Shown: positions 9,025 to 18,989 of the stretch, piece after piece | Numbering within the stretch: position 1 is the stretch's first letter | How the letters are laid out: every line of letters starts with the position of its first letter | Source of the DNA: Sulfolobales archaeon HS-7 | GTDB lineage: Archaea > Thermoproteota > Thermoprotei_A > Sulfolobales > Sulfolobaceae | Direction of reading: 5' to 3' | DNA: 64,000 bases | Assembly: GCA_019704295.1 (NCBI GenBank) | Contig: AP024596.1 | Span: 224,001-288,000 of the forward strand | Notes under the pieces: model-generated | The model's input: the letters and a program-made list of their open reading frames with translations, nothing else | Database searches by the model: none | What the model was told of the DNA's origin: nothing | Translations under genes and position numbers: made by a program

Positions 9025-11007
9025 ATGAACTATGCGCTTTTGCTGAGACTCAGCGAACCTGTAGTGCTCTTAAATGGGTATCTCGTCCCCTACGATAAGG
9101 AAGTGGAACTTAAGGAGGGCGAACTGGGAAAGGTTTGTAAGGTAGAGGGGGGTAAGCTGAAGTTAAGCAAGAAGTCCGTGTACAGGGTTGAAGACTTAAA
9201 GCTTAAGGTTGGTCTCACTCTAAAGGACTACATAGATAAGTTAAACGCGTATATGTTTACCGATCAGGAGGACAACGTTTACCTCTATATGGGGGAGTTG
9301 TCCAAGATAGCTATTTCGGAGATCTACGATATTGTAAACGGAACTCCTGTCCTTAGGGGAGATTTCTCAAGCATAATCAATTTAATGAAGAAGGACGACG
9401 CCTATCTTGATTACGCGGAGAAGAACTACAATGATGAAGTGGTAATAAAGCAGGCGATATCCTTAGAATTCAGCAAGGGAAGGTGTGATAAGGTTCTTTC
9501 CCTTTCGGCTAAGTTAGAGAATATTGACGAAGTCAGGAGGGAAGTCGGACTGTGTTATGAGGAAAGGGGAGAACTCCTTAAAGCGCTTAACGTGCTAACT
9601 TCCATTTACGAGGAGGATAGAAATAGGATAATTGATAAACTAAAGGGTAGGGTTGCGGAGTTCGTTTCAGCGTATGATAGGACGCAGGAACTCAGGTACC
9701 TCTACGATGCGGTGAAAATATATCCAGACTACTTTGTGCCCTACCTAAAGCTCTCGCTGCATTACATGCAGAGGAATAATTTAAAGGAGGCTTTAAAGTA
9801 CGTCGACATATCCCTATCAAAGGAGGAAACGTTTGAGTCGCTAATAACTAAGGTCAGGATATTGATGGAAATGAGAAATTACCAGGAGGCCTTTAATCTA
9901 ATAAACCGAGTGGAACTAAAGAGAAGAAATGGAGTCACGGCATACTTAAGAGGTCTTATTCTCAGGAATTTGAATGCGAGTTCCGTAGCCGAGAAGGACT
10001 TCAAATTCGCCTGTTCCGAGGGTGTAGTTGAGGCGTGTTTTTACTTAAATGTAAGCACTCTAGAACAGCTCAGGAGTTCTAGACTCTCATCTCTGGAGGG
10101 AAGGAGAATATACGGATACGATGTGGAGGCGCTCTTGGGTTCTGGTGGAATGGGGCACGTGTATAAGGTAAGGAAAGGCGAAGTACATTTCGCTATGAAG
10201 GTTTACTCTCCTGATGTCCCCCTTCAGGAAATGCTAAGGGAGGCCTCAAAAATGCAAGAACTTTCCTCTTCCTCTAAGTACTTAGTGAAGGTTCACGGGA
10301 CTTATATAGACGAGAATGCCTCAAGAGAAGATCCGCAAGCAATAATTATGGACCTCATGGAAGGAGGTGATTTCAAAAACATAATATCCTCAGAGGAGTA
10401 CTCTTCCCTTAGGTACTCTTCAAGGTGGGAGGATATAATCACAATTATATTCTCAAAGGTCGCCTACGGATTGGCGAAAATACATAAGGAGGGATATGTT
10501 CACTGTGACGTAAAGCCCTCAAACATCCTATTCGCGTCACCTTTACCAAGGTATGGGGAGGAGGCACTTAGATCACTGATAAACGAATTAGTAGTCCCGA
10601 AGATTTCAGATCTTGGGTCGATTGTACGCACGGGTTCCGTTCCGATACAGTACACGGAACATTACGCTCACCCCCTTCAGCGTTTCGGAGTAAAGGCGGA
10701 GCCCATGATGGACGTCTTTTCCCTGGGTGTTTCCATGTATTACGCTCTAACCGGGGATTACCCTATTCCAAGCCATCTGGAGAGTAAGGTGGAGACCGCT
10801 GTAATTAAGCCAGAGTTAAGAGATGAAGTTATGAGCGAATTCTATAAGTTCTCCTATGATCTTTCGCCACTTCCTGATAGGTTTAAAAACGTTATAAACG
10901 ACATGTTGCAAGGAGAACTTACGGCTGAGGAGGTTGCTAAGGAATTGGAAAACTTGCTCAACATATCGAGCGGAGAAGTTTTACAAAAGCACTTCTCTAT
11001 TGTCTGA
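9025..11007 (+). CDS. Hanks-type Ser/Thr protein kinase with TPR repeats, soluble
   Basis: GSGGMG, AMK, HCDVKPSN, DLG and DVFSLG kinase motifs. The central region is TPR-like and no TM segment is apparent. Confidence 0.9.
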   Translation: MNYALLLRLSEPVVLLNGYLVPYDKEVELKEGELGKVCKVEGGKLKLSKKSVYRVEDLKLKVGLTLKDYIDKLNAYMFTDQEDNVYLYMGELSKIAISEIYDIVNGTPVLRGDFSSIINLMKKDDAYLDYAEKNYNDEVVIKQAISLEFSKGRCDKVLSLSAKLENIDEVRREVGLCYEERGELLKALNVLTSIYEEDRNRIIDKLKGRVAEFVSAYDRTQELRYLYDAVKIYPDYFVPYLKLSLHYMQRNNLKEALKYVDISLSKEETFESLITKVRILMEMRNYQEAFNLINRVELKRRNGVTAYLRGLILRNLNASSVAEKDFKFACSEGVVEACFYLNVSTLEQLRSSRLSSLEGRRIYGYDVEALLGSGGMGHVYKVRKGEVHFAMKVYSPDVPLQEMLREASKMQELSSSSKYLVKVHGTYIDENASREDPQAIIMDLMEGGDFKNIISSEEYSSLRYSSRWEDIITIIFSKVAYGLAKIHKEGYVHCDVKPSNILFASPLPRYGEEALRSLINELVVPKISDLGSIVRTGSVPIQYTEHYAHPLQRFGVKAEPMMDVFSLGVSMYYALTGDYPIPSHLESKVETAVIKPELRDEVMSEFYKFSYDLSPLPDRFKNVINDMLQGELTAEEVAKELENLLNISSGEVLQKHFSIV

Positions 11008-11279
11008 ATTAGTGGCACTGTAAGCCGTAATAGGTCGCTCTTATTGATTTTGCGTTTTACATTGATAATCTAAGAGATAATCCAGAGATTTAGAAAACCA
11101 CCTTCCATTTAGGTTCATTCCTCAAATAATATTTACATATTACTTCAATTCTCGTGAATGATAAACCTGCTATATTTTCCTAAATTCAAAATTAAAGGTT
11201 AAGGAGTATTCTCACTCAGTTATCCTATTTAATATATCTTAGATTTTGGATTATCATTATGTTGAAAGGCCTAAGAGTG

Positions 11280-11344
11280 TTTTTAAATTACTTGATACCT
11301 ATAGTATCAACTCTTTTTAAATTACTTGATACTTATAGTATCAA
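11280..11344 (+). repeat. Tandem 31-bp duplication containing a TATA-like box and palindrome
   Basis: tttttaaattacttgatacctatagtatcaa and tttttaaattacttgatacttatagtatcaa (one mismatch). Each contains TTGATAC-N5-GTATCAA. Confidence 0.9.
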
Positions 11345-12574
11345 TGGAAGAGAACATTTGGTGGAGAGGAAAGGACTATATAAACGAAGATGTAGAAATC
11401 AAGAAGCGGAACTCCGCTAAATTTAAATGGATTCCTAAGGAGATGAACAAGGTCTCACTCCAACCCTTTTCCCTAAATTTCATAGTCGGCCCTAGACAAG
11501 TCGGAAAGACGACTTTTATGAAACTTTTAATCAAGAAGTTGCTTGAGTCTAATTATAACCCCTTATCAATATTCTACTGTAATTGCGACATCGTATCCGG
11601 TTATGAAGAACTTCTAAACTAAAAATAAAGGATTATCTAAAAATTAGGAAACGGGAGGGCATTAAATCGTCATTCATTTTCCTTGATGAGGTCACTTTCG
11701 TAAAGGATTGGTATAGGACAGTGAAGCACTTGATTGACACCGGTGAACTAACGGGAGATGCGATAACGATTTCTGGCTCAAGCTCATTATCGATTCTAAA
11801 GCAGAGGGAAGTTTCCCTGGAAGAAGGGGAGATGGAACAGATGTAGCCATGTTCCCTCTAAGCTTCTCTAGTTACATTAGGGTAATTAATCCGGAAATTG
11901 AGGTTAGACCAGGTTGGTACGGAGAGATTGAAGAGCTTTTTGAGAGTTATCTAAAGGTAGGAGGACTACCTACATCGATCAGCGGTCTTTCTCCGTAGAA
12001 GGCATATATAGAGTGGATCATTTACGAGATAAATAGGATAGGAAAAGACGAAATACTCGCTAAACAGATACTCTCTGCGCTTCTCTCAATGACACCCAGT
12101 AAGGTTAGCTATAACTTAGTTGCTAAAGAGATAGGAGTAAACCATAGAACTGTCGAGGAGTACATCAAGCTCTTTAATGACATGATTTTAACTCTAACAC
12201 TTCACTTCGTAGACGTAAATACCGGCTACTATAACTACAGAAAGCAGATTAAGGTACACTTACTAGATCCACTGTTTTACGACGTAGTATCCACGTGGAC
12301 CGGAGTTAAGAGACCTGACGATTCAATAATTTTTGAGGGGAATGTAGCATCGCATCTCTCAAGAATTCACAACGCAGGTTATACTGAGATTGGAAAGAAG
12401 GAAATAGACGTCGTAACACTGCCATAAGTCATTGGATACGAGGTGAAATACAAAGAAAGAGCTAAACAAGTCAAAGCTGTTGCCGGAAAGACGAAGAAAG
12501 TGATCACATTGTCAAGGAATACAGACAACGGCACTATCCCTGTTCATTTGTTCTTAGCTGAAATGAATATATAA
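11344..12574 (+). pseudogene. AAA+ ATPase (AAA_14 / DUF4143 family) pseudogene
   Basis: Walker A GPRQVGKTT, Walker B IFLDEV, GSS, FPGRRG, GGLP and the C-terminal EID...EVKY lie across different frames. There are frameshifts near 11620 and 11810 and in-frame stops near 11996 and 12425. Confidence 0.85.
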
Positions 12575-13147
12575 AAAATTCAAAAATCTTTATTTAATTC
12601 AAACACCTTAGAGATACTGGGTTACACAAACTGTGTTAGAAAATCCATCATTTATTCTCAAAATTACGTGCTTATGAATATGGATAATAAACTAATTTTC
12701 TATTGATAGCCTTCTCAAAGCTAAATAAATTTAATTCTTGATAGACATGTTTTAGTAAGTCATTCACATTAATCATGCGTTGAATTTTGTGTTGTGGACT
12801 TTTGCTAACACCTTTCCTGATTCGGGTCATTGGATACTTCATCTAACTAAAAATATACACCTGAATTTCACGTAAGTGGCGTTGATAGTCATTTAAACGG
12901 TCTCGAAGGAATTAGTGTCAGTCAGTTGCTCTCTGCTATATATGGAAACCTACTTACACAATCGAAAGTGCCTTAGTTGTTTATAATGACTAGATGAGAG
13001 TCCGTTAGGAGGTCTTCAGGAAGAAGTTATTTTCTCATGTCCACCAAAAGGAGTCCGAAGAAGTGCTAAAGCTCAATAAGAGGCTATCTTGAAAGTTGAA
13101 GCTTTTTCCTCCTTAACTTCCCATTAAATATGAAATATTTGTAGGTG

Positions 13148-14395
13148 CTATTGAGTTGACTGTCTGAATGCTCTCCCAACAGCTTCTGCTAACCCCATAA
13201 GTATTCCCATCCCCAACTGAACGTCCTTGTTACTTCTCAGCTGTCCTGTTATGCCTAAAAGTCCTAGTTCTCTCGTCTTGGGGAGGTTTTCAAGCCATAT
13301 CTGAAGAGCAAGCATCATCCTTGACATGACGATAGACAGGTTATTAATTGTCCTCTCATCCGTAAGCGTCTTAACCATCGAATTCCACCCTTGTGTCTTT
13401 TGTAATCCGCTTAGTTTCTCCGCTAATGTTAGTAGGGAATCGACGTCTATGCTACTCATTATTTTAGTTGTCCTATCACTCATCATCTGTTTCATGAGTG
13501 GTGTTATAGCCTCTAATCCCCCGAGCAGTGAGTCCCAATCCATGGAGTTCAACAACTTAACTGCCCTTTCACCTGTCATCTTCTGGAAAATTGGCATTAG
13601 CGATTCCATTGCTGAAAACAGTGAGTCCCAATCCATTTGTTGCATCAAGTTAAGCGTTTTCTCACTTCCTAATTTCTCTAAAAGAGGCCATACTGCCTGG
13701 ATTTTCGGTAACTGATCCATACCGAAAGATATTAGCGCATTAACCAGATCTGATTTCTGGACTGCATCGAGTAGGGAAAGCGCCTGAGACATGAAGTTAA
13801 GTGCGGAGTCCAAAGTCCCCGAGCTTTCAGCTTCTTTCATCCAGTTAATTAACTTCTGAAACACTGGCCAAGAGTCCATTACAGAGGGTAGTTGCTCCAT
13901 TGCCTTCAACATTTTATCGCTGCTGAGCTCCTTAAGTAAGGGAGTTGAAGTTTCTAGGGCGGTGAGCAGTGAGTCCCAATCCATGGAGTTCAACAACTTA
14001 ACTGCCCTTTCACCTGTCATCTTCTGGAAAATTGGCATTAGCGATTCCATTGCTGAAAACAGTGAGTCCCAATCCATTTGTTGCATCAAGTTAAGCGTTT
14101 TCTCACTTCCTAATTTCTCTAAAAGAGGCCATACTGCCTGGATTTTCGGTAACTGATCCATACCGAAAGATATTAGCGCATTAACCAGATCTGATTTCTG
14201 GACTGCATCGAGTAGGGAAAGCGCCTGAGACATGAAGTTAAGTGCGGAGTCCAGCGTGCCATCTCTCTGCATTTGATTAATCCATTCTAGCACCTTGTCC
14301 AGTGCAGGTAACTCGTTAACTATTTTGTCAAGTACCTTCAGGTTTGAGGGTTCCAGTAATTTTCCTATCGGATCAACCTCTAGTTCCTCGCTCAT
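13148..14395 (-). CDS. DUF1641-family helical protein with large internal duplication
   Basis: C-terminal GLLG...[17 protein letters not shown], repeated DWDSL units, and a 147-aa-period duplication. Confidence 0.75.
   Translation of the reverse strand: MSEELEVDPIGKLLEPSNLKVLDKIVNELPALDKVLEWINQMQRDGTLDSALNFMSQALSLLDAVQKSDLVNALISFGMDQLPKIQAVWPLLEKLGSEKTLNLMQQMDWDSLFSAMESLMPIFQKMTGERAVKLLNSMDWDSLLTALETSTPLLKELSSDKMLKAMEQLPSVMDSWPVFQKLINWMKEAESSGTLDSALNFMSQALSLLDAVQKSDLVNALISFGMDQLPKIQAVWPLLEKLGSEKTLNLMQQMDWDSLFSAMESLMPIFQKMTGERAVKLLNSMDWDSLLGGLEAITPLMKQMMSDRTTKIMSSIDVDSLLTLAEKLSGLQKTQGWNSMVKTLTDERTINNLSIVMSRMMLALQIWLENLPKTRELGLLGITGQLRSNKDVQLGMGILMGLAEAVGRAFRQSTQ
13523..14253. repeat. Identical 290-bp direct repeat (13523-13812 and 13964-14253)
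   Basis: The two copies read identically by eye, with an offset of 441 bp (147 codons). Confidence 0.9.
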
Positions 14396-14440
14396 AAATA
14401 CATCGCATATATTTATGATTTCACTATTTTATATCTTAAT

Positions 14441-14761
14441 ATGTTAGTTATCGCTCCTAGCGCGTTTGATTACTTCCTTCAAATTAAGACGAAATACCCT
14501 AAAGAGGACGTAGTAATAACCACCTCTTCTTTTGCTGAAGGGCTTAAGCTAGGAAAGGACGTTGATCTAATGCTTGACAAAGGAGTTAGAGTTAAAGCCT
14601 TCTCTCATAAGCTAATCCCCATTCCTGAGTTAAGCGACGGCGAATCCGAGTCGATCTACGTCGCAAAGGAGTTTGAAGCGACGTTAATAACATGTGATGA
14701 AAAAACAGTTGCCTTCTCAAGAAGAGAAGGGATTCGTGTGCTCTCCTGTAATGAAGTGTGA
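14441..14761 (+). CDS. PIN-like domain protein, probably degenerate
   Basis: LSDGESESIYVAKEFEATLITCDEK matches the PIN pattern (L..GE...I..A......L.T.D). The first acidic residue is replaced (VIAPS). Confidence 0.6.
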   Translation: MLVIAPSAFDYFLQIKTKYPKEDVVITTSSFAEGLKLGKDVDLMLDKGVRVKAFSHKLIPIPELSDGESESIYVAKEFEATLITCDEKTVAFSRREGIRVLSCNEV

Positions 14762-14764
14762 AGT

Positions 14765-16780
14765 TCAGGATGTGACATTAAATGGTTCATACTGCATTGT
14801 GTTGTAAAAGTATATTAAGTATCCGTCTGCTACTGTAAATACTGTATTTTTTACGTAAGGTTGTACGAAATAGTACGAATATGGTACCGGGAGCCATACG
14901 TAAGGAGCGGAGTTGTAAATTACGTTATATGCCTTTGCTATGAGGTTTATCTGTTCGCTCTCATTGGTTATGAAGGGCAGTTTAGCGTATATCTGCTGGA
15001 GGTAGGAGTTATTAAACCAGGCAGCATTACCTCCAGGTCCACCGAAGTTTATATCAGTAAGTGGCATCATTTGTTGGAGTATGGGATCTGGCCAATCTGG
15101 AGTCCACCCTATAAACTCCATGTTAGGCGACGAGAGGGGCGTCGTGTAACTTTCGAGGACGGAAAAGGTTACCGGCATAACGGAAATGGATATCCCTATC
15201 TGTTCCAAGTCTGCGGAAACCACATCTAGTTCCTCCTGCTGTAGTTCAGATATGGGAGCTAGTGTGACTACCGTTAAAGGCTTTAGTTGGACACCATTCG
15301 TATCTCCTATAGTGCTACCGTTAGGCAAAACTACGTAAAATGAGCCTTGATATCCAGCTTCATTAAGATAACGTAAAGCTAGGGAAACGTTATACGTGTA
15401 AAAAGACAGATTGTCAGGGTTATAGTAAGCGCCATACTGGGGGGAAATCGGTCCTAACGGTAAGGAGGCAAGCGTTGTACCGTTATATGAGTAAAGTGAC
15501 ATAAGCTGTGAGTAGTTGATCGCATGGAGAATTGCTAGCCTTAGGTCTGTAATGTTAAGCGGATATTTCTCGGTATTCATCCCTATTGTTTGAACTCCAG
15601 GTGTAGAACCGAAGTCGACAAGGATGTCCGATAACGGTAACTTATACGGATATCCAGATACGACCTGTCCTATATAAGGTACCCCTACATAGGAAATCTG
15701 AGCTTGATTCTTATCGAAGTCCTCAACCCTCTGTACATGAGTGAAACCGTAGTCTATTTCAATAATGGGGATATGAGGTGGTTCAGCCTCTGGAGGAACA
15801 TTATGGCCTATTGCCCAATAGTTTGGGTTTGCCTTAATAACTATTGTGGAAAATCCCTCACTAACGCTCGAAATCACATAAGGCCCTGAACCTATTAATC
15901 CGTGAAGATCCGCGTAATTGTTAGGTTGATTTGGAACTACTCCTCCATGTTGATCTACGAAAGCGGGATACACTATAGCGCCCCAAGTTCCAGCAATATC
16001 CAGTAGGAAAAACCTGTAAGGCTCTAAGGTATTGAACTGCACAGTGTAGTTACCTTTGACTACTACTGCTTGATACGGATACTCCATTATTTTCATAATA
16101 GTCGAGTTAGTCGGATTAAAATTAGAAAGAATGTTGGATAATATAGTTGCGGTTAGACTGGCGTTACCAATTGTATGAATTCCAGTGACGTTCTCAATGG
16201 CTTGTTCTATTCCGTACGGTAGAGCGAAACCTGTTGAGGCAGATTGCGTGCCATTGTAAAGTATACAGATGTAATCTGCAGCTCCAGCAGGCTGATTCAT
16301 CAATATTGCCCTATAAATCGAAAACCAAACATCAGAGGCGTTCACAGGCATTCCGTTACTGAACTTCGCATAGGGCCTAATATAGAAAGTGTAATTCTGA
16401 TAGTTTGGCGACACAGTGTAATTTTGCGCTAATACGGGTACAACGCTCATGTAATTTGAACCATTCGGTTCTACTAACTGTTGATAAATTGCGAAAAATA
16501 ACGGTTCAACTTCGTCTAGGAAGTCCGTAGCTGGATCTAAACAGCTGGGCGGAACTGTCTGGGCAACGTCTATCAATACTGAGGAATTGGATGGGGAGAG
16601 ATACTGGTAGGTCTGGGATGTCGTTGACTGAGTCGAGGAGGTTGTTGACGTAATGGGGGAAATAGTGTGTGGTGACACGCTTTGAATATAGAAAGCTACG
16701 CCAATTGCCGCTACGATTACGAGGAGTGCGATCACTATAGCGAGCGTTTTACTTATAGCTTGTTTATATGGAGAATTCAT
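14765..16780 (-). CDS. ABC transporter substrate-binding protein, family 5 (peptide/oligosaccharide), orphan
   Basis: Class III-like signal (KQAIS), S/T linker, LDPA, KFSNG.PVNASDVWFS, GSGPY and NPNYW. Confidence 0.9.
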   Translation of the reverse strand: MNSPYKQAISKTLAIVIALLVIVAAIGVAFYIQSVSPHTISPITSTTSSTQSTTSQTYQYLSPSNSSVLIDVAQTVPPSCLDPATDFLDEVEPLFFAIYQQLVEPNGSNYMSVVPVLAQNYTVSPNYQNYTFYIRPYAKFSNGMPVNASDVWFSIYRAILMNQPAGAADYICILYNGTQSASTGFALPYGIEQAIENVTGIHTIGNASLTATILSNILSNFNPTNSTIMKIMEYPYQAVVVKGNYTVQFNTLEPYRFFLLDIAGTWGAIVYPAFVDQHGGVVPNQPNNYADLHGLIGSGPYVISSVSEGFSTIVIKANPNYWAIGHNVPPEAEPPHIPIIEIDYGFTHVQRVEDFDKNQAQISYVGVPYIGQVVSGYPYKLPLSDILVDFGSTPGVQTIGMNTEKYPLNITDLRLAILHAINYSQLMSLYSYNGTTLASLPLGPISPQYGAYYNPDNLSFYTYNVSLALRYLNEAGYQGSFYVVLPNGSTIGDTNGVQLKPLTVVTLAPISELQQEELDVVSADLEQIGISISVMPVTFSVLESYTTPLSSPNMEFIGWTPDWPDPILQQMMPLTDINFGGPGGNAAWFNNSYLQQIYAKLPFITNESEQINLIAKAYNVIYNSAPYVWLPVPYSYYFVQPYVKNTVFTVADGYLIYFYNTMQYEPFNVTS

Positions 16781-17040
16781 TGGAAAGATGGAAATTCATT
16801 GGTAACTAAAAAGGATTTCGCACTTGAAAATTAATTAGTCGTACTTAATGAGATATCGTAGGATTCGGTATTTAGTTGAGTGGAAAACTAGAAAGGACGG
16901 CTTATTGCATTAGTAAATAAATTTTCGTTTTTCTTGCCTCTCATGTCCTAAGTGTGAGAGAAAATAGTTGAGGTTTCTTATCGTTGGTTTAGGTGAAGTT
17001 GTGGTTATGAGAATAATAGGAACGTTATTGCCACAGATAA

Positions 17041-17134
17041 TTTAAACGGGGTCTCTAACCCTCTAAACCCCTTAAATGAGAGATGTAGAGCCGAATCAAT
17101 GAGGGAAACTTCCGTCATTCAGACGGAATGTCAG
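17041..17134 (+). mobile_element. IS605-family tnpB right-end / omegaRNA remnant
   Basis: ggggtctctaaccctct...aaatgagagatgtagagccgaatcaatgagggaaac...gtcag follows the typical Sulfolobales tnpB tail (GSLTL...MRDVxPN). A hairpin ttccgtc-attca-gacggaa precedes the GTCAG end. Confidence 0.6.
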
Positions 17135-17919
17135 TTTAGTTTTAGAAGACTCTTCGCGTTATAAAGCATAATCTTCTCGCTTCTGAGACTTCTGTATACT
17201 CTGTAAGCATGTATAGCTAAATTCTGTTTTCTGTAATTCGGGAAATCGCTTCCATACAAAACCTTATCCTCTATTTCCATGAGCCTAGGCATCTCGGTTA
17301 GTATCTTTTCAGGAGGAATTGAGGATATCTCTAAATACACGTTAGAGTAATTTCTTCCTAAATAAAACGCAGTGTTATACCAAAGGGGTCTACCAGAGTG
17401 GGCAAGAATAATGGTGATATCGAAGTCCTTTACTACGTCGTCAATCAGAAGTGGATCCCCAAATTTATTACGAGATCTTTCACCTACGCTTGTTCCAGTG
17501 TGGATCATCACAGGTAATTTCCTCTCCTGTGCAAAGGAGTATATTTCCTCTAACGCTTTCAGTCCCATTTCCTCCTCCCTATATGCATTCGGAGAGTAGC
17601 CGTGGTGAACCGGGTGTAGCTTAATTCCCACGACGCCATAACTTATCTGTCTTTCTAATTCCTCAATTACGTTATTACATCCCAGGGGATTTACTGACGC
17701 CCATATGGGGTTGTCCCCTTTGTTTTTCACTTGTTGATAGAATCCATCTGAACACGTGTTGTTACCACACGGAAAAGAGGGAACGAAAATAACCTTTTCT
17801 ATAACTATATCTTCGTAACTTAACTCGAAGACGGAATTTTCAGACCTTCTGGAAACTTCGGAACAGTTTTCAGGTAGCTTTTCATATCCCACGTGAACGT
17901 GGACGTCAATGACCCTCAT
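17131..17919 (-). CDS. Amidohydrolase family protein (amidohydro_2)
   Basis: IDVHVH, GIKLHP, IHTG, ILAHSG, LYGSDFP. Confidence 0.9.
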   Translation of the reverse strand: MRVIDVHVHVGYEKLPENCSEVSRRSENSVFELSYEDIVIEKVIFVPSFPCGNNTCSDGFYQQVKNKGDNPIWASVNPLGCNNVIEELERQISYGVVGIKLHPVHHGYSPNAYREEEMGLKALEEIYSFAQERKLPVMIHTGTSVGERSRNKFGDPLLIDDVVKDFDITIILAHSGRPLWYNTAFYLGRNYSNVYLEISSIPPEKILTEMPRLMEIEDKVLYGSDFPNYRKQNLAIHAYRVYRSLRSEKIMLYNAKSLLKLN

Positions 17920-18989
17920 AACTTGACTTGATTTATCCTACTCCATATTAAGTTTCTCTCAACTTCGTCCGTCCCTTCTCCTATTCTGAGTAATCTGGCG
18001 TCTCTGTAAGCCCTTTCAGAGAGACTTCCCTTAGCATATCCTATTCCTCCGAGGATCTGCACCGCTCTATCAATAACCCTGTTTGCTACAAGAGCTGAGA
18101 ATATCTTCGCCATCGGAACTACCACGTCTCCTTCCTCTTCATCAAATTTTTGTGACGCCTCTACTGCCAGTGAATCGGCGGCCTTTACTTCAGTTATCGA
18201 ATCCGCTATGTACCACTGTAAACCCTGCATTTCGCTTAAAGTCTTGCTGAAAGCCGTTCTGCTCTTCATCCAGTCCTGGGCCTCTTTTAACGACCCAAGA
18301 GCTAAACCAACGGCGATCCCTGCGATAGCTAGTCTGCCTATCTTAAGCCCGTATCTGGGAACTTCCCATCCCCCTATCCTACTTTCCTTCGGAACCCAAC
18401 AGTTCTCGAAAGTAAGTTCAGCTGTACCTGTCCCTCTACATCCCATTACCTCTATTTTCCGTCTTTTTATGCACTCATCATATTTAACTAAAAACGCGCT
18501 AATCCCTTTTGCCCCAGGTCCTCCCGTTCTGGCCGAAACCAGGTAGAGATCCGCATACATTCCCTGCGTTATCCACATTTTCTTTCCATTAATTACATAA
18601 CCTCCATCTTTTTCCTCAGCCTTTGTCTTCAAGTTAGTAGCATCACTTCCCCCTCCAGGTTCACTGAGGGCAAAGGCTCCTATCTCATCTCCGGATACGA
18701 TCTTTGATAAATCAAATGAGGAATGCTTCTTTACAGGAGCGTAAAAAAGAGCAGCTTGAACATCTATCAAAAGGGCTACAGAACCGCTTACCTTTGCTAC
18801 CTCTTTCTCAACTTCGTAGAGCGTCCTTAGATCGTAAACGTCATTAGGGACTAGGTAACCATGTCTTCCTAGTTCTCTAATCACTTCGCGCGGGTATTCG
18901 TCATCACGATCTATTATGGGAGCACTAGGAGCTATTTTACTTTCGACAAATTCCCTTACTGAATCCCTAATGATTTCCAACTCACTCAT
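17916..18989 (-). CDS. Acyl-CoA dehydrogenase
   Basis: AFALSEPGGGSD, INGKKMWIT, AVQILGG.GY, RDARLLRIGEGTDE. ATGA-coupled to the amidohydrolase. Confidence 0.93.
   Translation of the reverse strand: MSELEIIRDSVREFVESKIAPSAPIIDRDDEYPREVIRELGRHGYLVPNDVYDLRTLYEVEKEVAKVSGSVALLIDVQAALFYAPVKKHSSFDLSKIVSGDEIGAFALSEPGGGSDATNLKTKAEEKDGGYVINGKKMWITQGMYADLYLVSARTGGPGAKGISAFLVKYDECIKRRKIEVMGCRGTGTAELTFENCWVPKESRIGGWEVPRYGLKIGRLAIAGIAVGLALGSLKEAQDWMKSRTAFSKTLSEMQGLQWYIADSITEVKAADSLAVEASQKFDEEEGDVVVPMAKIFSALVANRVIDRAVQILGGIGYAKGSLSERAYRDARLLRIGEGTDEVERNLIWSRINQVKL

Noticed and set aside
11280-11344. Mini-CRISPR from two palindromic 31-bp repeats
   Set aside because: The repeats are only 3 bp apart, there is no spacer, and no cas genes are present.
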